From NCBI GenBank assembly GCA_002454045.1, contig DKID01000016.1:30471-94470 (forward strand): DNA of 64,000 nt, given 5' to 3'. Under the pieces are notes generated by a model. The model saw only the letters and a list, made by a program, of their open reading frames with translations, had not been told where the DNA came from and did no database searches. This document shows, one piece after another, positions 8,883 to 19,644 of this stretch (within the stretch, counting starts at the first letter, position 1; every line of letters begins with the position of its first letter). This stretch comes from Nitrospina sp. UBA6727 (GTDB taxonomy: Bacteria; Nitrospinota; Nitrospinia; Nitrospinales; VA-1). The translations under genes were made by a program, and so were the position numbers.

Positions 8883-9430
8883 TGGTAAAACTAATCTCGC
8901 CGCCAATCAAAACCGTGACTGCAATATCCGTTTGCTTAATAGCCGCGTTTCTTTTAACGGGAATTCTAAGTTCGAGTCTTGATGCGGTTCCCGTTCAATC
9001 CCGCGACAAACGCTATCAGGATAATGACGATGGCACAATCACCGACACCAAGACCGAGCTGATGTGGATGAAAAAAGATTCCTATCTTCATTCCGGTCAC
9101 TGGCTCAACTGGTATGAAGTTCACGATTATGTGCGGCAACTTAATGATGCAGGATTTGCCCAACACAGCGATTGGCAATTGCCCACCAAGAAAGAATTGC
9201 AAACCCTTTACGAACCGGAAAAGACAAACAGTTCCCAAGTGGGAAGTGAAATGAAAATTCACACAGACCCTATATTCGCAAAAAACGGGGCCGGCTCCTT
9301 ATGGTCTAGCGAGGGGAACGGACGCTACAACGCGTTCGGCGTGATTTTCAATACCGGCGCGGTATTCAACAGCGACAAAAAATCGCGATCCCGAAAAGCC
9401 ACGCGGGCGGTGCGGGTCAACATAAAGTGA
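8879..9430 (+). CDS. DUF1566 (Lcl C-terminal domain) protein with an N-terminal signal/anchor
   Basis: [20 protein letters not shown]...[15 protein letters not shown]...LWSSE...ATRAVRV fits the DUF1566 pattern. The start GTG 8879 or ATG 8882 overlaps the gatB TGA (8880-8882). Confidence 0.75.
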   Translation: MMVKLISPPIKTVTAISVCLIAAFLLTGILSSSLDAVPVQSRDKRYQDNDDGTITDTKTELMWMKKDSYLHSGHWLNWYEVHDYVRQLNDAGFAQHSDWQLPTKKELQTLYEPEKTNSSQVGSEMKIHTDPIFAKNGAGSLWSSEGNGRYNAFGVIFNTGAVFNSDKKSRSRKATRAVRVNIK

Positions 9431-9462
9431 CGCAGCAATTTTGTTCGGGCTGAAATAGAAAA

Positions 9463-11085
9463 ATGGTTTCCATGAAAAACTCGATTTTACTAATCACTTT
9501 ATATTTCGCGACAGTTTTATCAAGCGCCGCGAACGCAACCTACCCTTCGCCAGATATTGCGCACTGGGATATTTCCCTCTCCGATGAAAAAAATGATCCG
9601 GACTACCAGAAGGTTCGGGATTTGGTTTCGCAAAAACAATTCGACAAAGCCATTGCAATTCTCGACGCGAAAATTTTCAACCAACCTGAAGAAGCTACCC
9701 CTGAAATTTTAAAAGCGATTATTCTAAATGAAAAAGACGACCCCAAAAAAGCACTGGATGTTTTGCAGATTGGATTCAAAAAGGAACGCCAGCATCCCGC
9801 CCTCCATTTTGCTTTCTGTCAAATCCATCGGAAACTTGGCAACGGTTTGATTTCAGAAAAAGCTTGCATCATCGCCGCGGAACAACATCCGAATAATCCC
9901 ATAGCACATTATGAATTTGCCTTGACATTAATAGCCCGAGGCAAAGCACAAGAAGCCAGCAAGGAGTTGGCGGAAAGCATCAAGTTGGACCCGAAAAATT
10001 CCAAATACACTTATGAACAGGGAATGGTTTTTAACTATCTGAACCGGAATGATGAGGCCGAAAAATCTTTTAAAAAATCGTTTGCACTCGACAAAGGCAA
10101 TGCTGACGCGGCTTATCAGCTTGCTTACCTTCACGCCACCAGGAATAATAGGGAGCAAGCGGAAATATATATCAACCACATTCTAGACAATCATCGAAAT
10201 CAACCTAAAGCAAATTCCGCCGAACTGCTACGGGAATATATCTATAAAAATGCCACAGACAAACTGCCCGCGAAAGTTGTCCCGGGGAAGTATCATTTGA
10301 GCCGATCTCAATCCCTTTACCAATCTAAACAATTTGGTTTATCCATCATCGAGGCGGAGACGGCAGCCCGACTGAGTCCTGATGATCTAAAAGTCCAAGA
10401 GATTCTTGTCGGAATTCACAGCATGTTTTTACGGTTGGACAAGGCGGAAAAATCCGTCAAGCAGTTTATTGAATTTGCCAAGGACGATGAAAAACTCAAG
10501 AGCCGAGGATACCAAGAATGGGGAGATATAGAAGTTCTTCGTGGCCATCTGAATAAAGCCAGGGAACTCTATGAAGAAGCCGCGAAACTGGGCGACCCCA
10601 ATGGAATCGCCAAAGTCTCTCTCGACGAATTCCCCGAAAAAATTACGGCGACTGAACGGCAACCTTTGGACCCAAATATTTTGTTCATCAATCCCATCGA
10701 GGCGTTGAACAGAAAAGGGGAAATTTTTGCACACTTTGGAATGTATCAGCGGGCAATGGGAATCTATTCCGTGGTGCTGAGAATAGACCCCGCCAACCTT
10801 ACTGCACTACTTAACACCGCCACCGCCAACTACAAAAAAGAAAAATACAACCGCGCCATTTCTATTCTAGAAAGATTGTTCATCATTCACCCCGACCACG
10901 AACATATCATCGCCCACCGATTATTGCTGGCTCGTTCTTATGTGATGAACGGAGATTTTGGGGACGGCATCAAAAATCTTGAAACCGTTTTAAGACTGAA
11001 CCCCGGCGCGAAAAAAATAATCGCCGCAGACCCTGCATTTGAAAAATTAAGAGGCCTCAAATCTTTTAGAAATTTAATTCAATAG
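9463..11085 (+). CDS. Secreted tetratricopeptide-repeat protein
   Basis: 540 aa. Signal peptide ...VLSSAANA, then multiple TPR-like A-x-x-x-Y/F-x-x-A-x-x-x-x-P-x-N repeats. Confidence 0.75.
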   Translation: MVSMKNSILLITLYFATVLSSAANATYPSPDIAHWDISLSDEKNDPDYQKVRDLVSQKQFDKAIAILDAKIFNQPEEATPEILKAIILNEKDDPKKALDVLQIGFKKERQHPALHFAFCQIHRKLGNGLISEKACIIAAEQHPNNPIAHYEFALTLIARGKAQEASKELAESIKLDPKNSKYTYEQGMVFNYLNRNDEAEKSFKKSFALDKGNADAAYQLAYLHATRNNREQAEIYINHILDNHRNQPKANSAELLREYIYKNATDKLPAKVVPGKYHLSRSQSLYQSKQFGLSIIEAETAARLSPDDLKVQEILVGIHSMFLRLDKAEKSVKQFIEFAKDDEKLKSRGYQEWGDIEVLRGHLNKARELYEEAAKLGDPNGIAKVSLDEFPEKITATERQPLDPNILFINPIEALNRKGEIFAHFGMYQRAMGIYSVVLRIDPANLTALLNTATANYKKEKYNRAISILERLFIIHPDHEHIIAHRLLLARSYVMNGDFGDGIKNLETVLRLNPGAKKIIAADPAFEKLRGLKSFRNLIQ

Positions 11086-11257
11086 TCCGAATATTTTTTG
11101 GCGAGCCTCACTTACAGACCGATAATATTGTAGCCTCGCCCAAGCGTGAAGTAACATTTGACATTAAATTTTTGTTCCTGTTTAATGCGCGGAAATACTA
11201 GTTCTTTATGTTGACTTGTAACGACCCCATTGAACCTAAGCCGCGGGGAGTCCATAG

Positions 11258-11707
11258 ATGATTAAAGATCGATGTTCACTCAAGGAGCAGAGGAAATTTT
11301 TCGTTCTTATAATTTTTTTCATGGGTTCGTTATTAATTCAAACTCCAAAAACTTACGCCGCCGACATATGTAAAGAAGGACTAAAAGATTTACAAAAGAG
11401 CCAAGGAGTCATTCAGGACAAAGGCGGAATTTGGGGGTATCTGGAAAAATCTTCTAATCTAAAAGACAATTCAATATTGGGACTGCAGATTGACAGCAAA
11501 CTTCAACGCTTAGTTTTTTTCTTTGAAACCCTTTGCGAGGAAGGGAAAATCCCCACCCCGAGACTTTACAATTTAATATTAAACCTGATGGGGGATGCGA
11601 GGGTGATCTTCAATATAGAGGCAGACCAAAGACCCAAAGAAAAAGTTTTGGAAAACCTACAGAGCTTAAACGAAAAAATTGAGCAACTACTTGCTCAAAC
11701 CAACTAG
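11258..11707 (+). CDS. Small secreted hypothetical protein
   Basis: 149 aa. Signal peptide ...IQTPKTYA/AD, mainly helical, two Cys. I recognise no family. Confidence 0.5.
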   Translation: MIKDRCSLKEQRKFFVLIIFFMGSLLIQTPKTYAADICKEGLKDLQKSQGVIQDKGGIWGYLEKSSNLKDNSILGLQIDSKLQRLVFFFETLCEEGKIPTPRLYNLILNLMGDARVIFNIEADQRPKEKVLENLQSLNEKIEQLLAQTN

Positions 11708-11713
11708 CCACCG

Positions 11714-12178
11714 ATGACTACGTTGAAAGAAGGGAATAAAGCGCCGGACTTTACGGCGATTGATCAGGACGGGGGAAAAGTCGAGCTCTGCTCTTTTAAA
11801 GGCAAGAAGAACCTCGTACTTTATTTTTATCCTAAAGACATGACCCCAGGTTGCACCGTGCAAGCCTGCGGCTTCCGCGACCAACACAAAAAGTTTCAGG
11901 ACACCGCCATTGTCGGTGTGAGCATTGACTCGCCAGAAAGACACCAAAAATTTATAGAAAAATATAATCTTCCCTTCACCCTCATCGCCGACACGGATAA
12001 AAAAGTGGTGCAGAAGTACAAGGTCTGGCGGGAAAAGAAATTCTGCGGGAAAACCTTCATGGGCATTGTTCGCACCACTTTCATCATCGACAAGACCGGC
12101 ACGATCCGAAAAATTTTTCCCAAGGTCAAAGTAAAAAACCACATCGAGGAAGTACTTTCCGCGTTGAAGGAAATTTAA
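11714..12178 (+). CDS. bcp: Thioredoxin-dependent peroxiredoxin Bcp
   Basis: FYPKDMTPGCTVQAC active-site motif; 154 aa. Confidence 0.92.
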   Translation: MTTLKEGNKAPDFTAIDQDGGKVELCSFKGKKNLVLYFYPKDMTPGCTVQACGFRDQHKKFQDTAIVGVSIDSPERHQKFIEKYNLPFTLIADTDKKVVQKYKVWREKKFCGKTFMGIVRTTFIIDKTGTIRKIFPKVKVKNHIEEVLSALKEI

Positions 12179-13623
12179 TCCGCTTGCCGGCTCGCCATCA
12201 ACTTCTCAATCTGCTTTATGGTTTTAGGAATCTTGTCGGAAAGATTCATGCACCCATCTGATGTTATGACAAGATTGTCCTCAATGCGAATACCGATCTT
12301 TTCGTCGTAAGTTTTTCCGTTCAGACGAAGGCGGAACTCGCCATACAATCCGGGTTCATTGCTGATCATCCAACCCGACTTCATGGGTTGCCGGGAGTAA
12401 TTGCGGAAAGGGTCGCCGTCATGTTCCTGCTCGCCCATCAAGTGGCTCACCCCGTGCGGCCTTCCCTCATACTGCAGTTTGAATTTTCCTCCGACCGCCA
12501 CGAAGTTATGCGCAAGACCATGACTGATCTTATCCCAGCACACTTTATTTAGCGCGTCGATCATCACTCCCGCCCGCGCCTTTTTCTCCACCGCAACTTG
12601 GGCTTTCAAAACAATTTCGTAGAGTATTTTCTGCATGGGATTGAACCGCCCCGACACGGGGAAAGTCCGGGTGATGTCGGCGTGCATGGTCATCCAGCGA
12701 ACGCCAAAATCAATCAACATCATTTCGTCTTTAGAAAAATCGTCATCGTTTTTTATGTAATGAAGAATATTCGCGTTCGCCCCGGAAGCAACGATGGAAG
12801 GATAACTCAGACCATAAGGTGACTGCATCAGCATTTGACCTTCCAGAAATCCTTGAACCTGGCATTCGTTTTTAAAGTTCCTAAATTTTTTGAGCATAAC
12901 CTTAAATCCGTTGCCGGTTATTTCTTGAGCTTTCCTGGCGTTGGCCACATCATATTTGTCCAGCGGCAGACGCAGTTCAAAATGGTTCTTCATAATATTT
13001 TTTAAGGGCGGAGCGTTCCACGACCGCAACCAACCCGCAAGTTTCTTTTTGAAATCGTAATTGTGATCCGTTGTGATGGCGCAAGTCTTGCCTCTTCGCG
13101 TTCCCTCCAGCCATAGCGTTCCCAAGTTTTTTTTCTTTTGTTTGAACAACCGTTCCTTCAAGACGTCCTTAAATTCTCGAACACTGCGAACATCACGGAT
13201 GCCCGTAACCGATTGCACTTCCCGCAAACTCTGTTCGTCCCCGACACCAAAACGGACGCCATCCCAAAACTCCATCAACCGATCCCTGTCATCCACAAAT
13301 AAAATTTCATCAGATATTTTTGAATTCGGATCCAACAACAAGATGACGTTATTTTGGTTGACGCCCGTCAAATACATGATGGCGGGTTCCTGGTAAGTGG
13401 GACAATGAGCGTAAGCCCACGTCGTCTTTCCCCCGGGTCCATAAGGCACCCCGGCAATCGCCACGAGACGCCCTTCCTTCATCATCAATTTTTTTCTTCG
13501 CTCACGAAATCGCCGTTGCGCGAAGGCCCCCGCGCCGCCGTCCCGGAATATTCCCGTGTGAATTTTTTTTAACGTCCGCATAAGTTTTATATTGTTGGAA
13601 GCGTAAACGCGACCGAACCTCAT
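12175..13623 (-). CDS. M24B-family Xaa-Pro aminopeptidase
   Basis: Pita-bread metal ligands in DFGVRWMTMHADITRT, HGVSHLMGEQEHD, NEPGLY and GIRIEDNLVIT. The start is uncertain: ATG 13623 or ATG 13581. Confidence 0.85.
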   Translation of the reverse strand: MRFGRVYASNNIKLMRTLKKIHTGIFRDGGAGAFAQRRFRERRKKLMMKEGRLVAIAGVPYGPGGKTTWAYAHCPTYQEPAIMYLTGVNQNNVILLLDPNSKISDEILFVDDRDRLMEFWDGVRFGVGDEQSLREVQSVTGIRDVRSVREFKDVLKERLFKQKKKNLGTLWLEGTRRGKTCAITTDHNYDFKKKLAGWLRSWNAPPLKNIMKNHFELRLPLDKYDVANARKAQEITGNGFKVMLKKFRNFKNECQVQGFLEGQMLMQSPYGLSYPSIVASGANANILHYIKNDDDFSKDEMMLIDFGVRWMTMHADITRTFPVSGRFNPMQKILYEIVLKAQVAVEKKARAGVMIDALNKVCWDKISHGLAHNFVAVGGKFKLQYEGRPHGVSHLMGEQEHDGDPFRNYSRQPMKSGWMISNEPGLYGEFRLRLNGKTYDEKIGIRIEDNLVITSDGCMNLSDKIPKTIKQIEKLMASRQAD

Positions 13624-13633
13624 TCAACTGTTA

Positions 13634-14725
13634 TTAAAAACGCCGCCGATAAAAATCCCGCACCATCACCGGCAACCACAAACTTGCCGTGGCGACAATC
13701 AACAGCGCGGACTCGGCCCACAACGTCAGGCCACCGAGCCATCCACGCAAAGGATTGAGCGCGTAACAAAGTACGACGTGGAATGAAAATACCAGCAACG
13801 GTTGCTCTCCCAACTTGCGCAACCAACGCCACGTGAACCAGTTTGCGCGCACTTGGCACAGGCAATATAAAAGATACGCCAACGCCGTCATATTCACCAA
13901 CCGCATGACGCCGAGGTTGGTGTCGCGCCATAAATTATCAAACGGCAACGGCGCGCTCGGCAGACTAAATTGATGTCGATACCACAACAACGGCAACGCC
14001 ACCGCAATCGCGACCACCACCCATGCGGTTTTCACCGGCACCACAAAGTCAGGATTGCGTGCGCGGTAATAACCGAACAGCACGCCGACAAAAAATAACA
14101 ACTGCCAACTCAACCATTCAAACCAACCGAGATAAAATCCGCGCGCCGCAACCTTCTGCGCCAAGAGCAACTGTGGATGTAGCTGTCCGATCAGATACAG
14201 CGCGACCGACGCGGCGGCGACCCACTTCAACTTGCCGGCGTCAATCAACCGCAACACCCACGGCGACAACACCAGAAACCACAAATACATCGGCAAAATA
14301 TCTTGATAACTTGGCAAATATAAAAACGCCGCGCCCTTCAGCAAGGTCCACCACGGTTGCGTCTGCAACAACGCAATGTTGTCCCACTCATGCGTCCATG
14401 CGCGCGCAAACCATGGCCACGCGAACAGCGCCGCGAGCACGACGAACGTGCCGACGTGAAAAAAATAAATCAACCGGATGCGCCGCCACACGAGTTGATT
14501 GAATCCCGCCCGGTCGTGCAAAAACTTCGGCGTGTACACCAAACCAAAAATTAGTCCCGACACGAACACGAACCCTTCGACCGCCGCGACAAACCCAAAC
14601 GTTTGATAGGTCCAGTTCAGCGTGTATTCGGACAAGCGTTTGAACGGCATGTATTGCAAATGATCGAGCGTCATAATCACGAGCAACAATCCGCGGATGC
14701 AATCCACTTGTTTAATTCGATTCAT
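13634..14725 (-). CDS. OpgC-like / acyltransferase-3-like polytopic membrane protein
   Basis: 363 aa with about 10 TM segments. The N-terminus RIKQVDCIRGLLLVIMTLDHL is typical of this family. Confidence 0.55.
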   Translation of the reverse strand: MNRIKQVDCIRGLLLVIMTLDHLQYMPFKRLSEYTLNWTYQTFGFVAAVEGFVFVSGLIFGLVYTPKFLHDRAGFNQLVWRRIRLIYFFHVGTFVVLAALFAWPWFARAWTHEWDNIALLQTQPWWTLLKGAAFLYLPSYQDILPMYLWFLVLSPWVLRLIDAGKLKWVAAASVALYLIGQLHPQLLLAQKVAARGFYLGWFEWLSWQLLFFVGVLFGYYRARNPDFVVPVKTAWVVVAIAVALPLLWYRHQFSLPSAPLPFDNLWRDTNLGVMRLVNMTALAYLLYCLCQVRANWFTWRWLRKLGEQPLLVFSFHVVLCYALNPLRGWLGGLTLWAESALLIVATASLWLPVMVRDFYRRRF

Positions 14726-14765
14726 TGGATTTGTTTGTCGGCGAAGAGTTTCTGAAAATAGTTTG

Positions 14766-15371
14766 CTATATTTTTTTCAAAATGCCCAACCATTCTTTAT
14801 CCTTCCTCTTTTCTGCGGACAACAGTGTTTTATCGAGTTCCAAAATTTGAAAACTTTTTGAAAAATGCGTTTCAATATCCTCGCGGGTGGTGTTGTAGGG
14901 AGGACCTCCCTCCTCGCCCGTGTGATAAAACAAGCCCGCCAACATTCCGCCCGGCTTTAATATTCGCGCAACCTTCGCGACGTAATCTTGTCTTTGCCGG
15001 GGAGAGATGGCGCAGAAAAATGTTTGCTCGATCATCAAATCATAAACCTCATTGTGGGAATCATCCAGACTGAAAAAATCACGGCGCAAAACTCGCGCCG
15101 CTAGATTTCGTTCTTGCAGAATATTTTTTAAATACGAAACGGCGCCGTCGGCAAAATCAACGGCGGTGACATCAAACTCTTTCTCCGCGAGGAACACGGC
15201 TTCGTGCCCTCTTCCGCATCCGGGAATCAGCACTTTGCCCAACGGCAGTTTTCCGTCCTCCCACAATTTGACGAACGGCGGCGCCACCTGACCGAGGTCC
15301 CATCTGATATCATTCTCTTCGTAATGACGCTGCCAATCTTCCGGTTTATAATCTTTCGCTTCCTGATTCAT
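14766..15371 (-). CDS. TPMT-family SAM-dependent methyltransferase
   Basis: W..HYEENDIRWDLG..., then VLIPGCGRGHEAVFLAEKEFDVTAVDF (motif I). Confidence 0.75.
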   Translation of the reverse strand: MNQEAKDYKPEDWQRHYEENDIRWDLGQVAPPFVKLWEDGKLPLGKVLIPGCGRGHEAVFLAEKEFDVTAVDFADGAVSYLKNILQERNLAARVLRRDFFSLDDSHNEVYDLMIEQTFFCAISPRQRQDYVAKVARILKPGGMLAGLFYHTGEEGGPPYNTTREDIETHFSKSFQILELDKTLLSAEKRKDKEWLGILKKI

Positions 15372-15377
15372 CGGCGA

Positions 15378-16304
15378 CTAAGAAAAATAATCTACGAGAT
15401 TTTGAATAGCGGCTTTGCCCATCGCGTCCACCGCTTCGCGAGCATTGCCGCCGATATGCGGAGTGACCATCAAGTTGGGAAGTTGTAGAAATTTTGTATC
15501 GGTGGGAGGCTCATCCCAAAACACATCCAATCCCGCCGCGGCGATTTCTCCCGCCACCAACGCTTGATGCAGGTCGCGCTGATTGACCACTCGTCCTCTG
15601 CTGGTGTTGATGAGGAACGCCGATGACTTCATTTTTTCCAGCGCGAGTTTGTCGATAAGGTTCGCCGTTTTTTCGGTCAACGGAACATGCAAAGTTAGAA
15701 TATCCGCCGCGGCGACGATTTCATCAAACGCCATTTCCACGGCGCCGAATTCGCGACAAAATTCGCCGCGGTCTTCAATATCGTGTACGCCGATTTCACA
15801 TTGCAACGGTTGCAGCAACCGAACCAAATCCTGCCCCACATTGCCGCAGCCGATGATCCCTACGAATTTTCTGGTGAGTTCTTGTCCACCTTCGCGACGC
15901 CAAATTCCCCGCTTTAATTTTTCTGCGCCCGAGTACATGTTGTGACAAAATCCTATCATAAAGCCTAAAGTTAGTTCGGCCACGGACCTGCGGTTGGTTC
16001 CCGATGTCACCTTGAGTTCGATGCCGGCGGACCGCAACGCTTCTTGATCGAAGTTGTCGAGTCCGACTCCGTATTTTGAAATCACTTTCAGTTTAGGCAG
16101 AGAGCAGATTAAGTCTGCATCGATGCGGTCTCTACCGACCACGGCGGCGTCCGCGTCTGTAAGGAAGTCGGCCAATTCGTTTCCCGCAAGGTATCGGTCT
16201 TTTTCATTGAAGACGGCGTTGGGAAAGTGTCCCAGCAATTCGGTTTTTAGTGATCGTGATTTGCAAAAGGCGTGAGGGGTGACCACAATTTTCGGAGTGT
16301 TCAT
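15378..16304 (-). CDS. D-isomer-specific 2-hydroxyacid dehydrogenase (phosphoglycerate dehydrogenase-like)
   Basis: GIIGCGNVGQDL NAD-binding motif; catalytic region NTSRG...PH. Confidence 0.85.
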   Translation of the reverse strand: MNTPKIVVTPHAFCKSRSLKTELLGHFPNAVFNEKDRYLAGNELADFLTDADAAVVGRDRIDADLICSLPKLKVISKYGVGLDNFDQEALRSAGIELKVTSGTNRRSVAELTLGFMIGFCHNMYSGAEKLKRGIWRREGGQELTRKFVGIIGCGNVGQDLVRLLQPLQCEIGVHDIEDRGEFCREFGAVEMAFDEIVAAADILTLHVPLTEKTANLIDKLALEKMKSSAFLINTSRGRVVNQRDLHQALVAGEIAAAGLDVFWDEPPTDTKFLQLPNLMVTPHIGGNAREAVDAMGKAAIQNLVDYFS

Positions 16305-16307
16305 GAT

Positions 16308-17498
16308 TCAACCGACAATCTGACTGACGATGAAAGCGCCGGCGGTGTAGGTACCTAGGATGGAACCTAAACTGGATAAGAGGAAGACTAAGAATAATCG
16401 GGCGACGCGGTTTTTCCACCACATGGAATAGATGGCAATATCTTCGCGCAAAGTTTCGAAGTCGCTCACTTTGGGTTTACGCATATACGATTCCACCAAG
16501 CCCACGACCATTCCCGCGCCGATAGTGGGGTTCAGCGATGTCAACGGCGCGGCGAAAAAACTGGCGACGATTGAGGCGGGATGTCCCAAGGCGATCAAAG
16601 TTCCCAGCGCGCAAAAACCGCCGTTGAATAAAACCCAAGTCAAAACCAACTGCTCGCCGAGTTCGGAGGAATGACGGAACCCGACCACAAACATCGTCAT
16701 GATAAACGCGCAGACGCCCCAACCTATAAAATAGCCGACGCGACTCGGCGGCGGTTTTTTGTTTAACTTTTTCAGATGGTCTGCGGCGGGAGGGGACGCC
16801 ATCATCGGGAGCATGCCGACCAAATGTCCGGCGCCGACCAACGCTAGAATTTTTTTCGGGGACTCCTGCGCCTGCGTTATTTGCGCCAACCGCCCGACCA
16901 TATACTGGTCCCGCTCATCAATCAGAACCTTCTTAATCTCTGGCAACTCCTCGCCGAACTCACTCACCACCGAATGCAATAAATCTCCGCGCTTGAGGTC
17001 TTCGATCTGTTTCTCGCTAACATCTTCCCCGACAAATATTCCGGCTATCAGTCCGCCGACAATTTTAAATTTTTGCCAGAGCGAAACCTCTGTGACCAAC
17101 CGATGCAGAGTGGTCGATATGTCGCGGTCGATGACTTCCAGGCGGATATTTTTTTCGCGCGCCAACTCAACGGCGCGGAGCATTTCCCGGCCCGGCTCGA
17201 CTCCGAGTCGATTAGCCAAACGTTTTTGATAGGCGGTCAAAGCAAGGTTGATGAGCAGGAGTCCCGCTTTTTTTTTACGGAATATCTGGTAGATGTCATG
17301 ATTCTTCCACTGCTCCTGGTCGGTGAGATTTTCCAAGCGCGGGGCGCACAACTCCACGGCGATACAATCGTAGTCTTTGTGCTGAATATATTCCTCGACC
17401 ATCTCCACACTCGAACGGGAGACGTGGGCTGTGCCCAACAAGGTTACCGCCGTGTCGCCGAGGTGAACGGTTTTGACAATATCGTCTTGCTTTTCCAC
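16308..17498 (-). CDS. TraB/GumN-family protein with a C-terminal membrane domain
   Basis: LLGTAHVSRSSVEMV, ERDQYM and GAGHLVG motifs, followed by about four TM segments. Confidence 0.75.
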   Translation of the reverse strand: MEKQDDIVKTVHLGDTAVTLLGTAHVSRSSVEMVEEYIQHKDYDCIAVELCAPRLENLTDQEQWKNHDIYQIFRKKKAGLLLINLALTAYQKRLANRLGVEPGREMLRAVELAREKNIRLEVIDRDISTTLHRLVTEVSLWQKFKIVGGLIAGIFVGEDVSEKQIEDLKRGDLLHSVVSEFGEELPEIKKVLIDERDQYMVGRLAQITQAQESPKKILALVGAGHLVGMLPMMASPPAADHLKKLNKKPPPSRVGYFIGWGVCAFIMTMFVVGFRHSSELGEQLVLTWVLFNGGFCALGTLIALGHPASIVASFFAAPLTSLNPTIGAGMVVGLVESYMRKPKVSDFETLREDIAIYSMWWKNRVARLFLVFLLSSLGSILGTYTAGAFIVSQIVG

Positions 17499-17593
17499 AA
17501 TGTCCTTTCATGGAACGCGCCCGCGAAAACAAGCGGCAAAAAATTAATTGAGTTAAAATGAGGAAGACGGCTACGAGTTCCACAATTTAGCAC

Positions 17594-17608
17594 AAACTTT
17601 ATAAGTTT
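17594..17608. promoter_or_regulatory. 15-bp palindrome AAACTT-TAT-AAGTTT 40 nt upstream of uvrB (candidate operator overlapping a TATAAG -10-like hexamer)
   Basis: Perfect 6+3+6 dyad read directly from the sequence. No known operator consensus was matched. Confidence 0.25.
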
Positions 17609-17647
17609 AGTATTGAATCGTTACCGATTTTTTCCGCGCAACTTCCC

Positions 17648-19633
17648 ATGAAACTTTTTAAACTTCACGCCGATTATAAGCCTGCGGGAGATCAACCTCA
17701 GGCGATAGAAAAACTGGTGCGGGGTCTTGCTTCCGGCCCGAGTTCTCAGACTCTGCTCGGAGTGACGGGATCCGGGAAAACTTTTGCCGCCGCCAACGTC
17801 ATAGAGCGGGTGCAAAAACCGACCTTGGTAATCGCGCATAACAAAACTCTTGCGGCGCAACTTTACAACGAATTCAAGGCGTTCTTTCCGAACAACGCGG
17901 TGGGATATTTCGTCAGCTATTACGATTATTATCAGCCCGAAGCCTATCTTGCGCAAACCGATACCTACATTGAGAAGGATGCCTCCATCAACGATGAGAT
18001 AGACAAGATGCGGCATTCGGCCACCCATGCCCTGTTTGAAAGGCGGGATGTCATCATCGTCGCCAGCGTTTCTTGCATCTACGGTTTGGGTTCGCCGGAG
18101 GCTTATCACGGCATGCTTCTTTTTTTAGAAAGCGGCATGACTTTGGAAAGGGACCAAGCTCTGCAGAAACTGGTGGAGATTCAATACAAAAGAAACGATG
18201 TGGATTTCCGCCGCGGCACCTTCCGAGTGCGAGGGGACGTGCTAGAAATTCTGCCGGTTTATGAAAGGAACGAAGCGCTGCGGGTTGAATTCTTCGGCAA
18301 TCAAGTTGACAAGATTTCCGCCTTCGATCCCATCACGCTCCAACCGATTCGGCAATTAGACCGCATCGCCATTTATCCCGCCAGCCATTATGTAACGCCG
18401 CAAGAGACTTTGGAAAGGGCGATGAAAAATATCAGGGAGGAACTGATGGAACGGGTCGCCTATTTTGAAAGTCAAAACCTCCTTGTCGAGGCGCAAAGAA
18501 TTGATCAGAGAACTTTGTTTGATTTGGAGATGATGAAGGAAGTCGGTTATTGCCAGGGCATAGAAAATTATTCGCGCCATCTTATGTCCCGGAAGCCGGG
18601 CGAGCCGCCGCCAACTTTGCTGGATTATTTTCCCAAAGATTCGCTCTTCATTATTGACGAGAGTCACGTCACCCTGCCGCAACTGCAAGGTATGTACAAA
18701 GGCGACCGATCCCGCAAAGAGAGTTTGGTCCGACACGGTTTCCGCCTGACCTCGGCGTTTGATAATCGTCCTCTAAAGTTTGAGGAATTCGTGCGGCACA
18801 CCCACGACACCATTTACGTTTCCGCCACGCCCAGTTCTTATGAACTGGAAAAGTCCGCAGACCATGTGGTGGAACTGATTGCGAGACCAACGGGATTGGT
18901 GGACCCGGAGATTGAGGTCAAACCCGTGACCAACCAAGTGGACGATCTATACAACCAAATCCGTTGCCGCGCAGAAAAAAATCAGCGGTGTTTGATTACC
19001 ACGCTGACGAAAAGATTTTCGGAAGATTTGTCGGAGCACTTTTCCGAACTGGGACTGAGGGTCAAGTACCTTCATTCCGACATCGTAACTCTGGAGCGAA
19101 CTCAGATTATCCGCGAACTTCGGCTAGGCGAATTCGACGCGTTGATAGGTATAAATTTGTTGCGCGAAGGACTTGATATTCCCGAGGTTTCTTTGGTGGC
19201 GATTCTCGACGCAGACAAGGAAGGTTTCCTCAGGTCCACGACTTCTCTAATTCAAACTTCGGGAAGGGCGGCGAGAAACATTGCGGGGAAAGTTATTTTT
19301 TACGCCGACACGGTAACTCAATCCATGAAAGCCGCCATCGATGAAATGACCCGCAGAAGAGAAATCCAACTCGCTTACAATCGGGAAAATCAGATAACGC
19401 CCAGCTCAATACAAAAATCTGTTGGAGACTCCATGGGATACACGGCAGAATTTTCTTACACGGTGATGGAAGAAGAGGCGGAATATGAATCGGGCAAACC
19501 GCCGCCGGAATTGATCGCGGAACTGGAAAAGGAAATGCGTTCTGCCGCTAAAGATTTGGAGTTTGAAAAAGCCGCCGAACTCCGGGACAGAATTAAATGT
19601 CTGCGGGAAAAAGATCTGGGGATTATTTTATAA
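17648..19633 (+). CDS. uvrB: Excinuclease ABC subunit B
   Basis: GVTGSGKTF Walker A, DESH box, and a C-terminal UVR motif [25 protein letters not shown]. Confidence 0.97.
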   Translation: MKLFKLHADYKPAGDQPQAIEKLVRGLASGPSSQTLLGVTGSGKTFAAANVIERVQKPTLVIAHNKTLAAQLYNEFKAFFPNNAVGYFVSYYDYYQPEAYLAQTDTYIEKDASINDEIDKMRHSATHALFERRDVIIVASVSCIYGLGSPEAYHGMLLFLESGMTLERDQALQKLVEIQYKRNDVDFRRGTFRVRGDVLEILPVYERNEALRVEFFGNQVDKISAFDPITLQPIRQLDRIAIYPASHYVTPQETLERAMKNIREELMERVAYFESQNLLVEAQRIDQRTLFDLEMMKEVGYCQGIENYSRHLMSRKPGEPPPTLLDYFPKDSLFIIDESHVTLPQLQGMYKGDRSRKESLVRHGFRLTSAFDNRPLKFEEFVRHTHDTIYVSATPSSYELEKSADHVVELIARPTGLVDPEIEVKPVTNQVDDLYNQIRCRAEKNQRCLITTLTKRFSEDLSEHFSELGLRVKYLHSDIVTLERTQIIRELRLGEFDALIGINLLREGLDIPEVSLVAILDADKEGFLRSTTSLIQTSGRAARNIAGKVIFYADTVTQSMKAAIDEMTRRREIQLAYNRENQITPSSIQKSVGDSMGYTAEFSYTVMEEEAEYESGKPPPELIAELEKEMRSAAKDLEFEKAAELRDRIKCLREKDLGIIL

Positions 19634-19644
19634 CGAACTAATGA

